A program made the position numbers and the translations under genes. Positions 1 through 10,224 of a stretch of 32,559 nt of DNA are shown here, in pieces. A model generated the notes under the pieces. That model was not told the origin of the DNA, did not search any database, and saw nothing but the letters and a program-made list of their open reading frames with translations. Every line of letters begins with the position of its first letter. The stretch's first letter is position 1. The stretch covers positions 35,912,886-35,945,444 of the forward strand of contig NC_069001.1 in assembly GCF_001194135.2 (NCBI RefSeq), read 5' to 3'. This DNA comes from Octopus bimaculoides. Lineage: Eukaryota.

Positions 1-132
1 TTTTGAGGAAGTAAGGGATGTGATGCAGTAATTGGAGCAAAGGCTCATGGGAAAACGTTGTAGATTGGAGGAAATAGCAGAGAAAAGAAAGGAAGAAAAA
101 GAACTGTAGCCCTGACAATGGCAGCAAGGAAA

Positions 133-133
133 C

Positions 134-169
<36 letters not shown>

Positions 170-194
170 TAATAATAATAATAATAATGATAAT
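133..194. repeat. (AAT)n tract, probably a SINE-A 3' tail
   Basis: Near-pure AAT repeat followed by cctttgtact, matching the cctttctact that follows the tail in other SINE-A copies (e.g. 2757-2845). Confidence 0.8.
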
Positions 195-204
195 CCTTTG
201 TACT

Positions 205-382
205 CATTATCATCGTCGTTTAACGTCCGCTTTCCATGCTAGCATGGGTTGGACGATTTGACTGAGGACTGGTGAAACCAGATGGCTACACCAGGCTCCA
301 ATCTGATTTGGCAGAGTTTCTACAGCCGGATGCCCTTCCTAACGCCAACCACTCTGAGAGAGTAGTGGGTGCTTTTACATGC
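205..382 (-). mobile_element. SINE-B 3' part ((ATG)n-tailed retroposon)
   Basis: catcgtcgtttaacgtccgctttccatgctagcatgggttggacgatttgactgaggactggtgaaacc...ggatgcccttcctaacgccaaccactc is nearly identical to 7755-7910 and 11381-11545. Confidence 0.9.
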
Positions 383-386
383 TATA

Positions 387-425
<39 letters not shown>

Positions 426-439
426 CCTTTGTACTATAA

Positions 440-445
440 ATAATG

Positions 446-477
<32 letters not shown>

Positions 478-594
478 CCATTCTGTTATAGGCACAAGAC
501 CTGGAACTTTGGGAGAAGGGTATAGTCAATTTCATCGACCCCAGTGCATAACTGGTACTTATTTCGTTGACCCTGAAAGAATGAAAGGCAAGGT
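440..594 (-). mobile_element. SINE-A 3' part, 5'-truncated
   Basis: (AAT)n-ccattctgttataggcacaag...actggtacttatttcgttgaccctgaaagaatgaaaggcaagg aligns with 2530-2756 and 6733-6946. Confidence 0.85.
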
Positions 595-597
595 ATC

Positions 598-1355
598 ACT
601 GGAGATCTTGCAGCCCCAGTGCATGTTTGTGCATCATCAGCCACAGCATGCCCAGTCCTCCACACAACCGGGTGCTGACAGCAAACGGACTGTCTGACAA
701 GTGGTGCTTGCCCCTTCCACAGGAAGCAGAAGAGCAAGTGTACCAGCCCTGTTCAGCCACGAAGTGGGGCAAGGGATGACAGTCAGGCAGTAGTATATGA
801 TGGATGTGATGTATGCATTCGCCACCTTTCAGGGACAGCTTCCTCTCGGCCCATTTCTGGGTGAGACTGGCCACCCTGTCTGTCACCTCACCCCAGTTCT
901 TCTCCTCTTGGCGGTCTGGACCGAATCAGACTCCAGGCAACTTAACCAGTCATTCTGACCAGTGCCCCACAACACTGTTGGTTGGCATGGGCTTGCCTCT
1001 CCAGGTGCTGAGCTATAGGCCCACTGACTTCTCCTGGTTAATCATTGCTCCTGTCACCGCTTCATATTCCCTTAGGGCGGAGCTGACCATCTCGCTTTCC
1101 AAGATGTCTGACACTATTGTAGGGACATCATCCACACATGCTGACATGAACCTTTCGCATCCTCGTCCATACAGGATGCCCCTCGAGACATCCAGCTTCT
1201 GCAGTAATGGCTCGAGTGCCAGTACATAGAGAAAGATTGAGAGGGGCATCCTTGATAGACTGAATGTGCGATGCTAAACGATCCTGACAGGTGGCCATTT
1301 ACTTTAACCACTGGACAGATGTCACTGCACATTGCAGTGATCCGTTGGCTCAACC
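598..1355 (-). pseudogene. Decayed non-LTR retrotransposon reverse transcriptase fragment (L1/Tx1-like)
   Basis: Joined minus-strand frames give VVKVNGHLSGSFSIAHSVYQGCP / PLSIFLYVLALEPLL...SACVDDV (decayed YADD)...YEAVTGAMINQEKSVGL* ...PGV*FGPD...KNW...W-AERKLSLKG ...FLWKG...GGLGM. These are RT core and thumb motifs typical of L1/Tx1 ORF2, broken by frameshifts and stops. Confidence 0.9.
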
Positions 1356-1682
1356 GTAATCTCCCCCATCAGTTTCATAAGAAATGGTTTGTTAAATACA
1401 CAATTCCTCCATGGTTTCCAGGAATATCACCTCCTTTAACAGAATTTCGAAACTGTATTGACTTCGTTCCAGAATATTCCGCATAACTTTTTTATTCTGT
1501 TTTTTTTTTCTTTACTTTGTTTTGTTTTTTTAATTTGTTTCCTTAAGAAACATTTTTGTGGAATAATAGCTAAAAGAATAAGTCTTTGATTAAATTTTGG
1601 AATGATTTTGAAATGGAACTCGTTAGTGACTGAATAGAACGATGGATGGACAGGCAAAACAAAATAGGCACCAGCTATCAGA

Positions 1683-1708
1683 ATATATATACATATATAT
1701 ATATAATC

Positions 1709-1765
<57 letters not shown>

Positions 1766-1798
1766 NNNNNNNNNNNNNNNNNNNNNNNNNTATATATC

Positions 1799-1834
<36 letters not shown>

Positions 1835-1840
1835 GTATAT
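1683..1840. repeat. (TA)n microsatellite spanning a 25-N gap
   Basis: Direct inspection. Confidence 0.95.
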
Positions 1841-2063
1841 AAATGTATGTGTGTGTGTACATGAATGTGTGTAAACATATGATGTATATATTTATACATA
1901 CACACACTCACATGTGCACAGACATATAGTACATTCTATTCAAATATATGTAATATATGTGTGTGCGTGTGTGTGTACACACACTCAGTGACACATGCAT
2001 ATGCACATATATATATGTATATTTATTAATACATACATACAGACATATATGTATGTGTGTATG

Positions 2064-2094
<31 letters not shown>

Positions 2095-2136
2095 TTCTGG
2101 AATGCTTGTACATTTTTGTAGTTCATAATTTGTATT

Positions 2137-2151
2137 TTGTAGATTATGTTG

Positions 2152-2182
<31 letters not shown>

Positions 2183-2222
2183 TGTTGTAGTCATTATTGT
2201 TGATGATGATGATGCTGATGAT
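2137..2222. repeat. Compound (GTT)(GCT)(GAT) trinucleotide repeat
   Basis: Direct inspection. Confidence 0.9.
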
Positions 2223-2238
2223 ACATAAGCGGGCATAC

Positions 2239-2354
2239 GTGAGAAGATCATTGTAGATAAAACTTCATTAAGTCGACAGATATTCCTGAGTAGCTTCGGA
2301 TCCTGTGAATGTGTCACAGATTGAAAGTCATTCACTTGTAGGATGTTATCTTGT
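2239..2354 (-). CDS. Candidate internal coding exon, 116 nt (QDNILQVNDFQSVTHSQDPKLLRNICRLNEVLSTMIFS)
   Basis: Complex-sequence island between microsatellites. Acceptor atgtctgtAG, donor C|GTATGC, only one of three frames open. No family recognised. Confidence 0.4.
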
Positions 2355-2447
2355 CTACAGACATATATGTGCATGTGTGTGTATATATATGTATGTGTGT
2401 CTATGTGTGTGTGTATATACATACATACTCATACATGTGTGCACACG

Positions 2448-2479
<32 letters not shown>

Positions 2480-2529
2480 CAGACACATGGCCAGACAGAT
2501 AGGCAGGGATTATGCCAGCTCGCTGTCTT

Positions 2530-2754
2530 AATAATGATAATAACCCTTTCTGTTATAGGCACAAGGCCTGAAATTTGGAGGAGCGGATAGTCGGTTCAAT
2601 CCACCCCAGCACTCAACTGATACTTATTTCATTGACCCCGAAAGGATGAAAGGCAAAGTTGACCTCGGCAGAATTTGAACTCAAAACATAAAGATGAACG
2701 AAATGTCGCTAAGCATTTTGTCAGGCATACTAACAATTCTGCCAACTTACCGTC

Positions 2755-2756
<2 letters not shown>
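2530..2756 (-). mobile_element. SINE-A, near full length
   Basis: Tail through head: ccctttctgttataggcacaaggcctgaaattt...gaccccgaaaggatgaaaggcaaagttgacctcggcagaatttgaactc (B-box-like gagttcaaattc on minus)...ctaacaattctgccaacttacc. Confidence 0.9.
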
Positions 2757-2786
<30 letters not shown>

Positions 2787-2845
2787 CCTTTCTACTAGAA
2801 GCACAAGGCCTGAAATTATTGGGGGAGGAGGACTAGTCGATTCTT
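2757..2845 (-). mobile_element. SINE-A 3' fragment with (AAT)n tail
   Basis: cctttctactagaagcacaaggcctgaaatt...ggactagtcgatt. Confidence 0.85.
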
Positions 2846-3285
2846 AACCACAGGCCCAGACCTTGCCACCACACGCACACCTCACCACCCCTACCCCTAC
2901 GATAACAAAAAAGGCTTAACAACCTAAAAGGCCGCCGATTTCCTCCTCTCCACCTATGGCCACACCTTTGAGAGCAATGCTTTTACATGGCTTAGTCCAT
3001 GACTTAAACACAGTAAAATTACATAAAGACAAGACCATTTTTTGTGAAGGGTGGGAAAGGGTTTTTGGTGAGGGGGGATGGAGGAGGAGAAGTTCCTCTT
3101 TTCTTTACTCTACCCACTGCCCTTGCCACAAAAGATTAGGGTCGCGTAATAGAAAACACCCTTTTGCCGTTAATTTCTCTCATCTGAAAGGTTACCAAAC
3201 AACTGATTCGAGATAAACAATCACATGACTTTTTCATTTTGCATCCCTGTTTCTTTATAATGTTTCATCGCCACCGCACACCACC

Positions 3286-3317
<32 letters not shown>

Positions 3318-3399
3318 CAACAACACCACCACCTTCCTCTTGTGGATGTATACATACGACTTTGTGTTTGCTGTATTGCTTAGAATATATATCTGATGC

Positions 3400-3538
3400 A
3401 TGTGTGTGTGTATGTGTGTGGATATATATATATATATATATAAATATGTATGTATATATATATATGTATATATGTGTGTGTGTGTGTGTGTGTGTATGCA
3501 TAAATATATATATACATATATACATGTATGTATAAATG

Positions 3539-3600
<62 letters not shown>

Positions 3601-3895
3601 TATGTGTATGTATATGTATGTATGTATATGTATATGTTTGTATGTATGTGTCTATATATCTATGTATATATGTAAGTATTCATACACATATACATATACA
3701 CACACATATATATATATATATACGTGTGTGTGTGTGTACAAATATATAGGTATATTATATATATATATATATGTATGTATACTATGTATGTATATATACA
3801 TACACACAATCATATATATACATAGATATATATAATGTTTGCATGTACATATATGTACACGCACGCATACACACACACATGCACTCACACATATG

Positions 3896-3940
<45 letters not shown>
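3400..3940. repeat. Compound (TG)n/(TA)n/(CA)n low-complexity block
   Basis: Direct inspection; source of several YIYI/HTHT pseudo-ORFs. Confidence 0.95.
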
Positions 3941-3941
<1 letters not shown>

Positions 3942-4384
3942 GCCCCTTTTAGTTTCAGGTAAGTTCTCGCTTATGTCCTTGATGCAGTAAATGAAATAAT
4001 AGCAAGATGGAGGATTTTTCTTTTAAATACCAGAAGTTCAGGAGCCGTCATTAACCTTCCGTGTGTTTATAACATTTTGTATATGGAAGCAAGAAAGATT
4101 TCTTTAAACAAAAGAAGAACATGGCTCAGAAAGATGCTCTCCNNNNNNNNNNNNNNNNNNNNNNNNNNNNNNNNNNNNNNNNNNNNNNNNNNNNNNNNNN
4201 NNNNNNNNNNNNNNNNNNNNNNNNNNNNNNNNNNNNNNNNNNNNNNNNNNNNNNNNNNNNNNNNNNNNNNNNNNNNNNNNNNNNNNNNNNNNNNNNNNNN
4301 NNNNNNNNNNNNNNNNNNNNNNNNNNNNNNNNNNNNNNNNNNNNNNGGGGGGGGGGTAACTGTATCAGATTTTAGAATTGAATA

Positions 4385-4663
4385 TATCATCATCATCATC
4401 ATCATCATCGTCGCCATCATTGTTCTCGTCGTCATCTAACATCTGTTTTCCACGCTGGCATGGGTGGGTTGGATAGTTCGGTTAGAGTGGGCAAGCTGGG
4501 GACCTGCACCAGGTTCCAGTTGTGTATTTTTGGCTTGGGTTTCTACGGCTGGATGTCCTTCCTATAGCTTGATGCCCTTCCTAACACCAACCACTTTACA
4601 CAGTGTACTGGGCACTGTTTATGTGGCACCAACAGGGGTGCTGTTTTATGTGGCACCTGCATG
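4385..4663 (-). mobile_element. SINE-B, diverged copy
   Basis: (ATC)n tail, ttttccacgctggcatggg..ttgga, gatgcccttcctaacaccaaccacttta, and two tttatgtggcacc units. Confidence 0.85.
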
Positions 4664-4762
4664 AGTACTTTTTGCACACTCACACACACACATACACACA
4701 CATGCATATTCCTTTAGTGCTGACTGTCAGAAGAATGAATTCAACGTACATATGTATATATA

Positions 4763-4996
4763 CAGGGTTGGCCAAAAGTCACCTGACAGTAAATCAAAAC
4801 CCCATTTAATTCCAAGATTAAAGAAAAAATTATTTTATATGAAGAGTTCGCTAATAAAGAGACAAAGGTTGAAAAAAAAACTGATTTTAACTCAGCGTAT
4901 TTAATTATTAAACATTCATAATTGGAATAAATAAAATTGAATACTAAGCATTTATGGAATTTTGATTTACTGTTGGGTGATATTTGGCCAACCCTG
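4763..4996. mobile_element. Tc1/mariner-type MITE, 234 bp, 37-bp TIRs, TA target site
   Basis: Left TIR cagggttggccaaaagtcacctgacagtaaatcaaaa (4763-4799); reverse complement of 4960-4996 is cagggttggccaaatatcacccaacagtaaatcaaaa (33/37 identical). TA on both flanks; no coding capacity. Confidence 0.92.
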
Positions 4997-5075
<79 letters not shown>

Positions 5076-5308
5076 ATTTACATATAGAGACCAAAGTTTA
5101 TGTATGCCGCTATATGTATATGAAAAAGAATAGAAAAAATGGGACAAGAACGCAACAGACAACAAAACATCCAGACAGAAAACTCCGAATTACCTGTCCC
5201 TTTTTGTATCATCTAACTGTCTGGATGTTTTGTTGTCACCTGCGTTCTTGTCCCATTTTTTGCATTCTATATATATATATAGGTAGACAGAGAGAGTGAG
5301 AGAGAGAT

Positions 5309-5541
5309 ACTCTTTACTCTTTTTACTTTTTTAATTCTTTTACTTGTTTCAGTCATTTTGATTGTGGCCATGCTGGAGCACCACCTTTAGTCGAACAAAT
5401 CAACCCCAGGACTTATTCTTTGTAAGCCTAGTACTTATGCTATCAGGCTCTTTTGCCGAACCGCTTAGTTATGGGGCCATGAACACACCAACATCGGTTG
5501 TCAAGCGATGGCTGGGGGACAAACACGGACAGACAAATACC
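5309..5541 (-). mobile_element. SINE-C 3' half
   Basis: tttacttgtttcagtcattttgattgtggccatgctggagcaccacctttagtcgaacaaatcaaccccaggacttattctttgtaagcctagtactt matches 26939-27140 and 21872-22068. Confidence 0.9.
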
Positions 5542-5549
5542 TACATAAA

Positions 5550-5638
<89 letters not shown>

Positions 5639-6732
5639 CTGTGTGTATATGTGTGTGTATAGACTCAGTGGATTTCTCTTTGATAACATTATACAATTGC
5701 TGTTTCTGGTTTTATCCTTCCCAGTATATCATGGACCCTATCGTGTGCTATGGATGCTAATCAATCAATAAAGCATCAAACGATACTATTTCTTTGATCA
5801 AGGGTGGCGTTGGTGACGGAGGGTGGAACTAAGAAAACAAAAATAAGAACCAAAAAAGAAAAAAAAAAAACTAATAAGCCCCACCACTAAAACACAAACG
5901 AAACCAATTGTGAATTATCTTTAACTTCATAGAGTAACTGTTTTATAAAATGGCCAAAAGGGAGGCATTCGTTCTTTGGCTTCTCGGAAGAAAGGATTAT
6001 TGAAGCGACAACAACAACAATGACAAAGTTAAAAAAAAAACCCACAACAGCAACAACAACAACAGGGAAAATCAATCCCTGTTTACTTAATAGTGCTCAT
6101 TAGAGAAGCTAATGAGCTGGATCTAGCTATTTAATTAGGTGTGAAATATTCACATCAGAAGAAATGGTGGCCATTTTATGTTCATATTCCAAAAAAAAAC
6201 CAAACCCAGAAGCAAAGCCTTTTTTTTTTGCTTTCTTTTTTCATATTGTTTCTGTGTTTTGTTTTGTTTTTTTGGGGGTTATTATTTTTTTTTTTTAATT
6301 TCTGCATTTGTTATTAAGAATAAATCTTGCAATCAAGATGTTTACATTGTTTTTGTATTTTATTTGGATGAAGTGGGATNNNNNNNNNNGGGGGGGGGGG
6401 GGATTTTTAAGGGGGAAAAAGGAAAAATAAAAATAAAAGCTGTACAGAAATTATTACCATTATTATTGTTATTAATAATAATAATAATGATAATAATGAT
6501 GATGATGATGTTATGAATATTATTGTTGTTGTTGTTGTGTTATGTAACGTTTGTTATATCCGTCGTTGTGATTTAGAAACATATTTCTCTCAATAACAAG
6601 TTCAAATTGAAGTTATTCATAATTGTATGAATACACAAACTGCTGCAATGTAATCCTCATAGCTTTGATTAAATGTGTGTGTATAATTTACATACACACA
6701 CATACATACACACATATATATATATATATATA

Positions 6733-6946
6733 TATCCTTTTCAACTCTAAGCACAAGGCCCATAATTTTGAGGGAGAGGACTAGTCGATTAGATCATCCC
6801 AGTATGCAACTGGTATTTAATTTATCGACCCTGACAGGATGAAAGGCAAAGTCGACATCGGCGGAATTTGAACTCAGAACGTAAAGACAGACAAAGTACC
6901 ACTAAGCGTTTCGCCCGGCATGCTAACGTTTCTGCCAGCTCGCTAC
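6733..6946 (-). mobile_element. SINE-A, full length
   Basis: gcacaaggccc...ggactagtcgat...gacaggatgaaaggcaaagtcgacatcggcggaatttgaactcagaacgt...ctaacgtttctgccagctcgc. Confidence 0.9.
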
Positions 6947-6962
6947 CTTTCACACACATGTA

Positions 6963-7425
6963 TATCATCATCATCCGTTTTCCATGCTGGCATGGGTTGG
7001 AAGGCTTGACAGGAGCTGACCAGTCAGGGAGCAACACTAAGTTCCAGTTGTCTATTCAGCAAGGTTTCTATGGCTGGAAGCCCTTTCTAATACCAACCAC
7101 TTTACGGAGTGTACTGCATGCCTTTTACATGGCCCCTGTACAGATTCTTCTTACATGGAACCAGCAGCACGGGAGCTCATTACATGGCACCAGCACAGGT
7201 GGTTTTTTGCATGGCACCATGTAAAAAACATGGGTGCTTTTTATGTGGTACCAGCACAATGTTTTTTTTTCTATATAACACCAGCACAGGTACTTTTACA
7301 TTTTTACGAGGTACCAGTACAGGTAATTTTCACATGGCACCAACACAGGTGCTTCTTACGTGGCACCAGTCCATGTGCTTCTTCAGTGGCACCAGCACAG
7401 GTGTTTTTCGCATGGCACCAGCTAC
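6963..7425 (-). mobile_element. SINE-B copy with an expanded internal ~26-bp tandem array
   Basis: atcatcatccgttttccatgctggcatgggttgga...ctaataccaaccacttta, then about 11 units of ttttacatggcaccagcacaggtg (7120-7425). Confidence 0.85.
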
Positions 7426-7754
7426 ATAAAACGATATTCTTTTAACCATTAAATTCAAAACCCACAAATTCCTCCCATAAAAACCATCAATTTATCAAGC
7501 TTCATTAAATTTTAAACAAATGTAGTCAAACATTATTACATGTCTTTTCGCAGTGGTTAATTTTAACAGTTTTTAATTAAACTAATTACCTGATTACACA
7601 ACGAATAATTATCTCAGATTACACAATCAGGTTCACCTTGTTATCTTTACTTGCAAACGACCCCATTTCAATCGCTACAACCTCTTTTATTTCCTCAACT
7701 CCTGTTTTAATCTATTTTAATGTTGGTCCCTAATAATTATTGTTTTAGATTATA

Positions 7755-7910
7755 ATCATCATCATCATCGTTTAACGTCCGCTTTCCATGCTAGCATGGG
7801 TTGGACGACTTGACTGAGGACTGGTGAAACCGGATGGCAACACCAGGCTCCAATCTAAATTTGGCAGAGTTTCTACAGCTGGATGCCCTTCCTAACGCCA
7901 ACCACTCAGA
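7755..7910 (-). mobile_element. SINE-B 3' part
   Basis: Near-identical to 205-360 and 11381-11540. Confidence 0.92.
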
Positions 7911-7951
7911 TATATATTCCTGCTCACAATTCTTTTTGGTTTGATGGTCCC

Positions 7952-8340
7952 AGGCGTCGCTGTGTGGTTAAGAAGTTTCCTTGCAAACCACGTTGTTTTG
8001 GTTTCAATCTCACTGCTTGGTATTTTGGGCAAATGTCTTCTTCTTCACCTTTGGTTTGAACAAAGTTCTTCTGACTGATTTGGGTAAATGGAAACTGTAG
8101 CAATCACATTGTGTCTGTGTGTGTGTTTCTGTGACCCCTTTTTTTTGTCATTGTGTGATAATTGTAAGAGAGTGTCCTCCCCTCATACAAGTTGTGTTCT
8201 CTGTTTCCAGTTTTACTGGGCTTACTAATGTTACAGCCCAGAAATATTGCTGGTAAACAGCTGAGGGTTGGCTGCAGGAAGGGCATCTGGTTGTAGAACA
8301 TCTGACCTCTGGAAGCATGGGAAAGTGGCTGCTAAAATGA
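7952..8340 (+). mobile_element. tRNA-derived SINE with a SINE-C-type head and a SINE-B-like tail
   Basis: Head gctgtgtggttaagaag...ggtttcaatctcactg...gggcaaatgtcttct (CORE-like) aligns to SINE-C heads; 3' end ggaagggcatctggttgtagaa...gcatgggaaagtggctgctaaaatgatg resembles the SINE-B tail. Confidence 0.75.
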
Positions 8341-8629
8341 TGGTGATGGACGTGATGATGGTGATGATGATGATGATGGTGATTATGATGATGAGGATGA
8401 TAATGATGATAGCGACGATGGTGATGATGATGATGAGGAGGAGGAGGAGGAGGAGGAGGATGATGATGATGATGAGGATGATAATGATGATGGTGATGAT
8501 GATGATGATGATGGTGGTGATGATGATGATTGTGATGATGAGGATGATAATAATTTTAGCAACGATGATATGATGATGATGATGACGGTGGTGAAAGTGG
8601 TGATAGTGGCAGTAACTGAAGAAGAAGAA

Positions 8630-8667
<38 letters not shown>

Positions 8668-8690
8668 CAATACGATGATGATATGTTTTC
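8335..8690. repeat. Degenerate (GAT)n/(GAG)n tract
   Basis: Direct inspection; continues from the SINE tail. Confidence 0.95.
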
Positions 8691-9159
8691 CCCATGTTAT
8701 TTAACTTGATAACACGGTTATCTCACAACAAGTAACAAATTGCTCCAAGTAACAACAAACACTTCACAAACCACACAGCTAATCAATATATAATTAACAC
8801 AAACTATTATTAACGATACAAACCAACTTTGTATTTTCAGGATATTTTAAGATGCTCGCTTGTTTTATTTTCCTTTGTTTGTACACCTTAACAAGTTTAA
8901 GGCATTTTCTACATCGCATCCAAAGATTTCAAACATTTTTACATATCTCGCTCATTTTAATCTTCGTTAATATTAACCCTGTAATTATTTATATTGTAGC
9001 TTATAATTTTAATGAATTCGTTTTCCCTGTTTTCTTTTTAATTGGATTTTGTATATTCTCTTCATATCATTAATTAGTGTTGTTGTCTCAACATAGACTC
9101 AGCAGCTCTCAGCAAAAGCATTGTTGTTTACTCAATAACTTTGCTCATGTACTCACGAA

Positions 9160-9497
9160 AGTGCATGGCTCAGCAGTTCTAGCATCGGGCTCAATCACGA
9201 GGTAGCGAGTTCAATTCCCAGACCGGGCTGTGTGTTGTCTCCTTGAGCAAGACTCTTTATTTCATGTTGCTCCAGTTCACTAAGCTGGCAAAAAATGAGT
9301 TGTACCTGTAATTCAAGGGTGGGGGTGGGGTCAGCCTTATCACATTCTATGTCACACTGAAAATCCTTGAGAACTATATGAAGGGTAGATGGGTCTATGG
9401 AGTACTCAGCCACTTGCATGTTAATTTCATGAGCAGGCTGTTCTGTTGATCAGATCAACTGGAACCTGCATCATCATAAGCAACAGAATGCCAGTTA
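9160..9497 (+). mobile_element. SINE-D, tRNA-derived head plus CORE-like domain
   Basis: A-box-like tggctcagcagtt (9166-9178), B-box-like gagttcaattccc (9207-9219), then tgtgttgtctccttgagcaagactctttatttcatgttgctccagttcac...aaatgagt. Confidence 0.8.
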
Positions 9498-9509
9498 GTT
9501 ACATATATA

Positions 9510-9785
9510 TATCATTATCATCATCATCATCATCATCATCGTTTAATGTCTGCCTTCCATGCTGGTATAGGTGGGATGGTTCAACAGGAGCCAGCCAGGC
9601 AGAATCTTGTGCCAGACTTCTGTAACTGTTTCGACAGGATTATAACAGTTGGATGCCCTTCCAAATGCCAGCCACTTTANNNNNNNNNNTTTCGACAGGA
9701 TTATAACAGTTGGATGCCCTTCCAAATGCCAGCCACTTTACAGTGTGGACCAGATGCTTTTAAGTGGTACCTGCAATGACAGCGT
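9510..9785 (-). mobile_element. SINE-B, diverged, spanning a 10-N gap
   Basis: (ATC)n cgtttaatgtctgccttccatgctgg...ggatgcccttccaaatgccagccacttta. Confidence 0.85.
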
Positions 9786-9792
9786 CATCAAC

Positions 9793-9847
<55 letters not shown>

Positions 9848-9919
9848 TCTAGCAGTAAAATATATAGCAGAAGTGTTAAGGCCACTCCCTCTGGTGAAGA
9901 AGATTAGCCTGCAAGAGTC

Positions 9920-10224
9920 GTGTGCCATGCCATGTAAAAAGCACTTGTGCCGGCGCCATGTGAGAGCACTCATGCCAGTGCCACATAAAGCACTCATAGT
10001 AGTACCACATAAAACACTCATAGTAGTACCACATAAAAGCACCCATGTGGTGTCACATGAAAGCACCCAACACACTCTGTAAAGTGGTTGACGTTAAGAA
10101 GGGCATCCAGCAGTGGGAACCATGCCAAATCATGTGGGAGTCTGGTGCAGCTCCTGGTCAAACTGTCCAACCCATTCCAGCATGGACAATGGACGTTAAG
10201 TGATGATGATGATGATGATGATGA
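9920..10224 (+). mobile_element. SINE-B, forward copy with about 6 internal ~24-bp units
   Basis: ccacataaaagcac.. units, gtaaagtggttgacgttaagaagggcatccag, ccaacccattccagcatggacaatggacgttaag(tga)n. Confidence 0.88.

Noticed and set aside
813-1229. 138-aa plus-strand ORF
   Set aside because: Antisense shadow of the decayed RT; no independent motifs.
7109-7445. Repetitive-protein ORFs or a CRISPR-like array
   Set aside because: Degenerate contiguous tandem units inside a SINE, with no unique spacers and no cas genes.
7441-7560. TTAA-cca...tgg-TTAA possible piggyBac MITE
   Set aside because: Inverted match is only about 3 bp beyond TTAA; expected by chance in AT-rich DNA.
8841-9073. Hydrophobic ORF MLACFIFLCLYTL... 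after an AG acceptor
   Set aside because: Hydrophobicity follows from T-rich composition and there is no convincing donor.
9160-9235. tRNA gene (A and B boxes)
   Set aside because: No acceptor stem or complete cloverleaf; runs into a CORE-like SINE body. The same applies to the other SINE heads.
9630-9740. 50-bp direct duplication
   Set aside because: Identical copies flank a 10-N gap, typical of unmerged overlapping contig ends.
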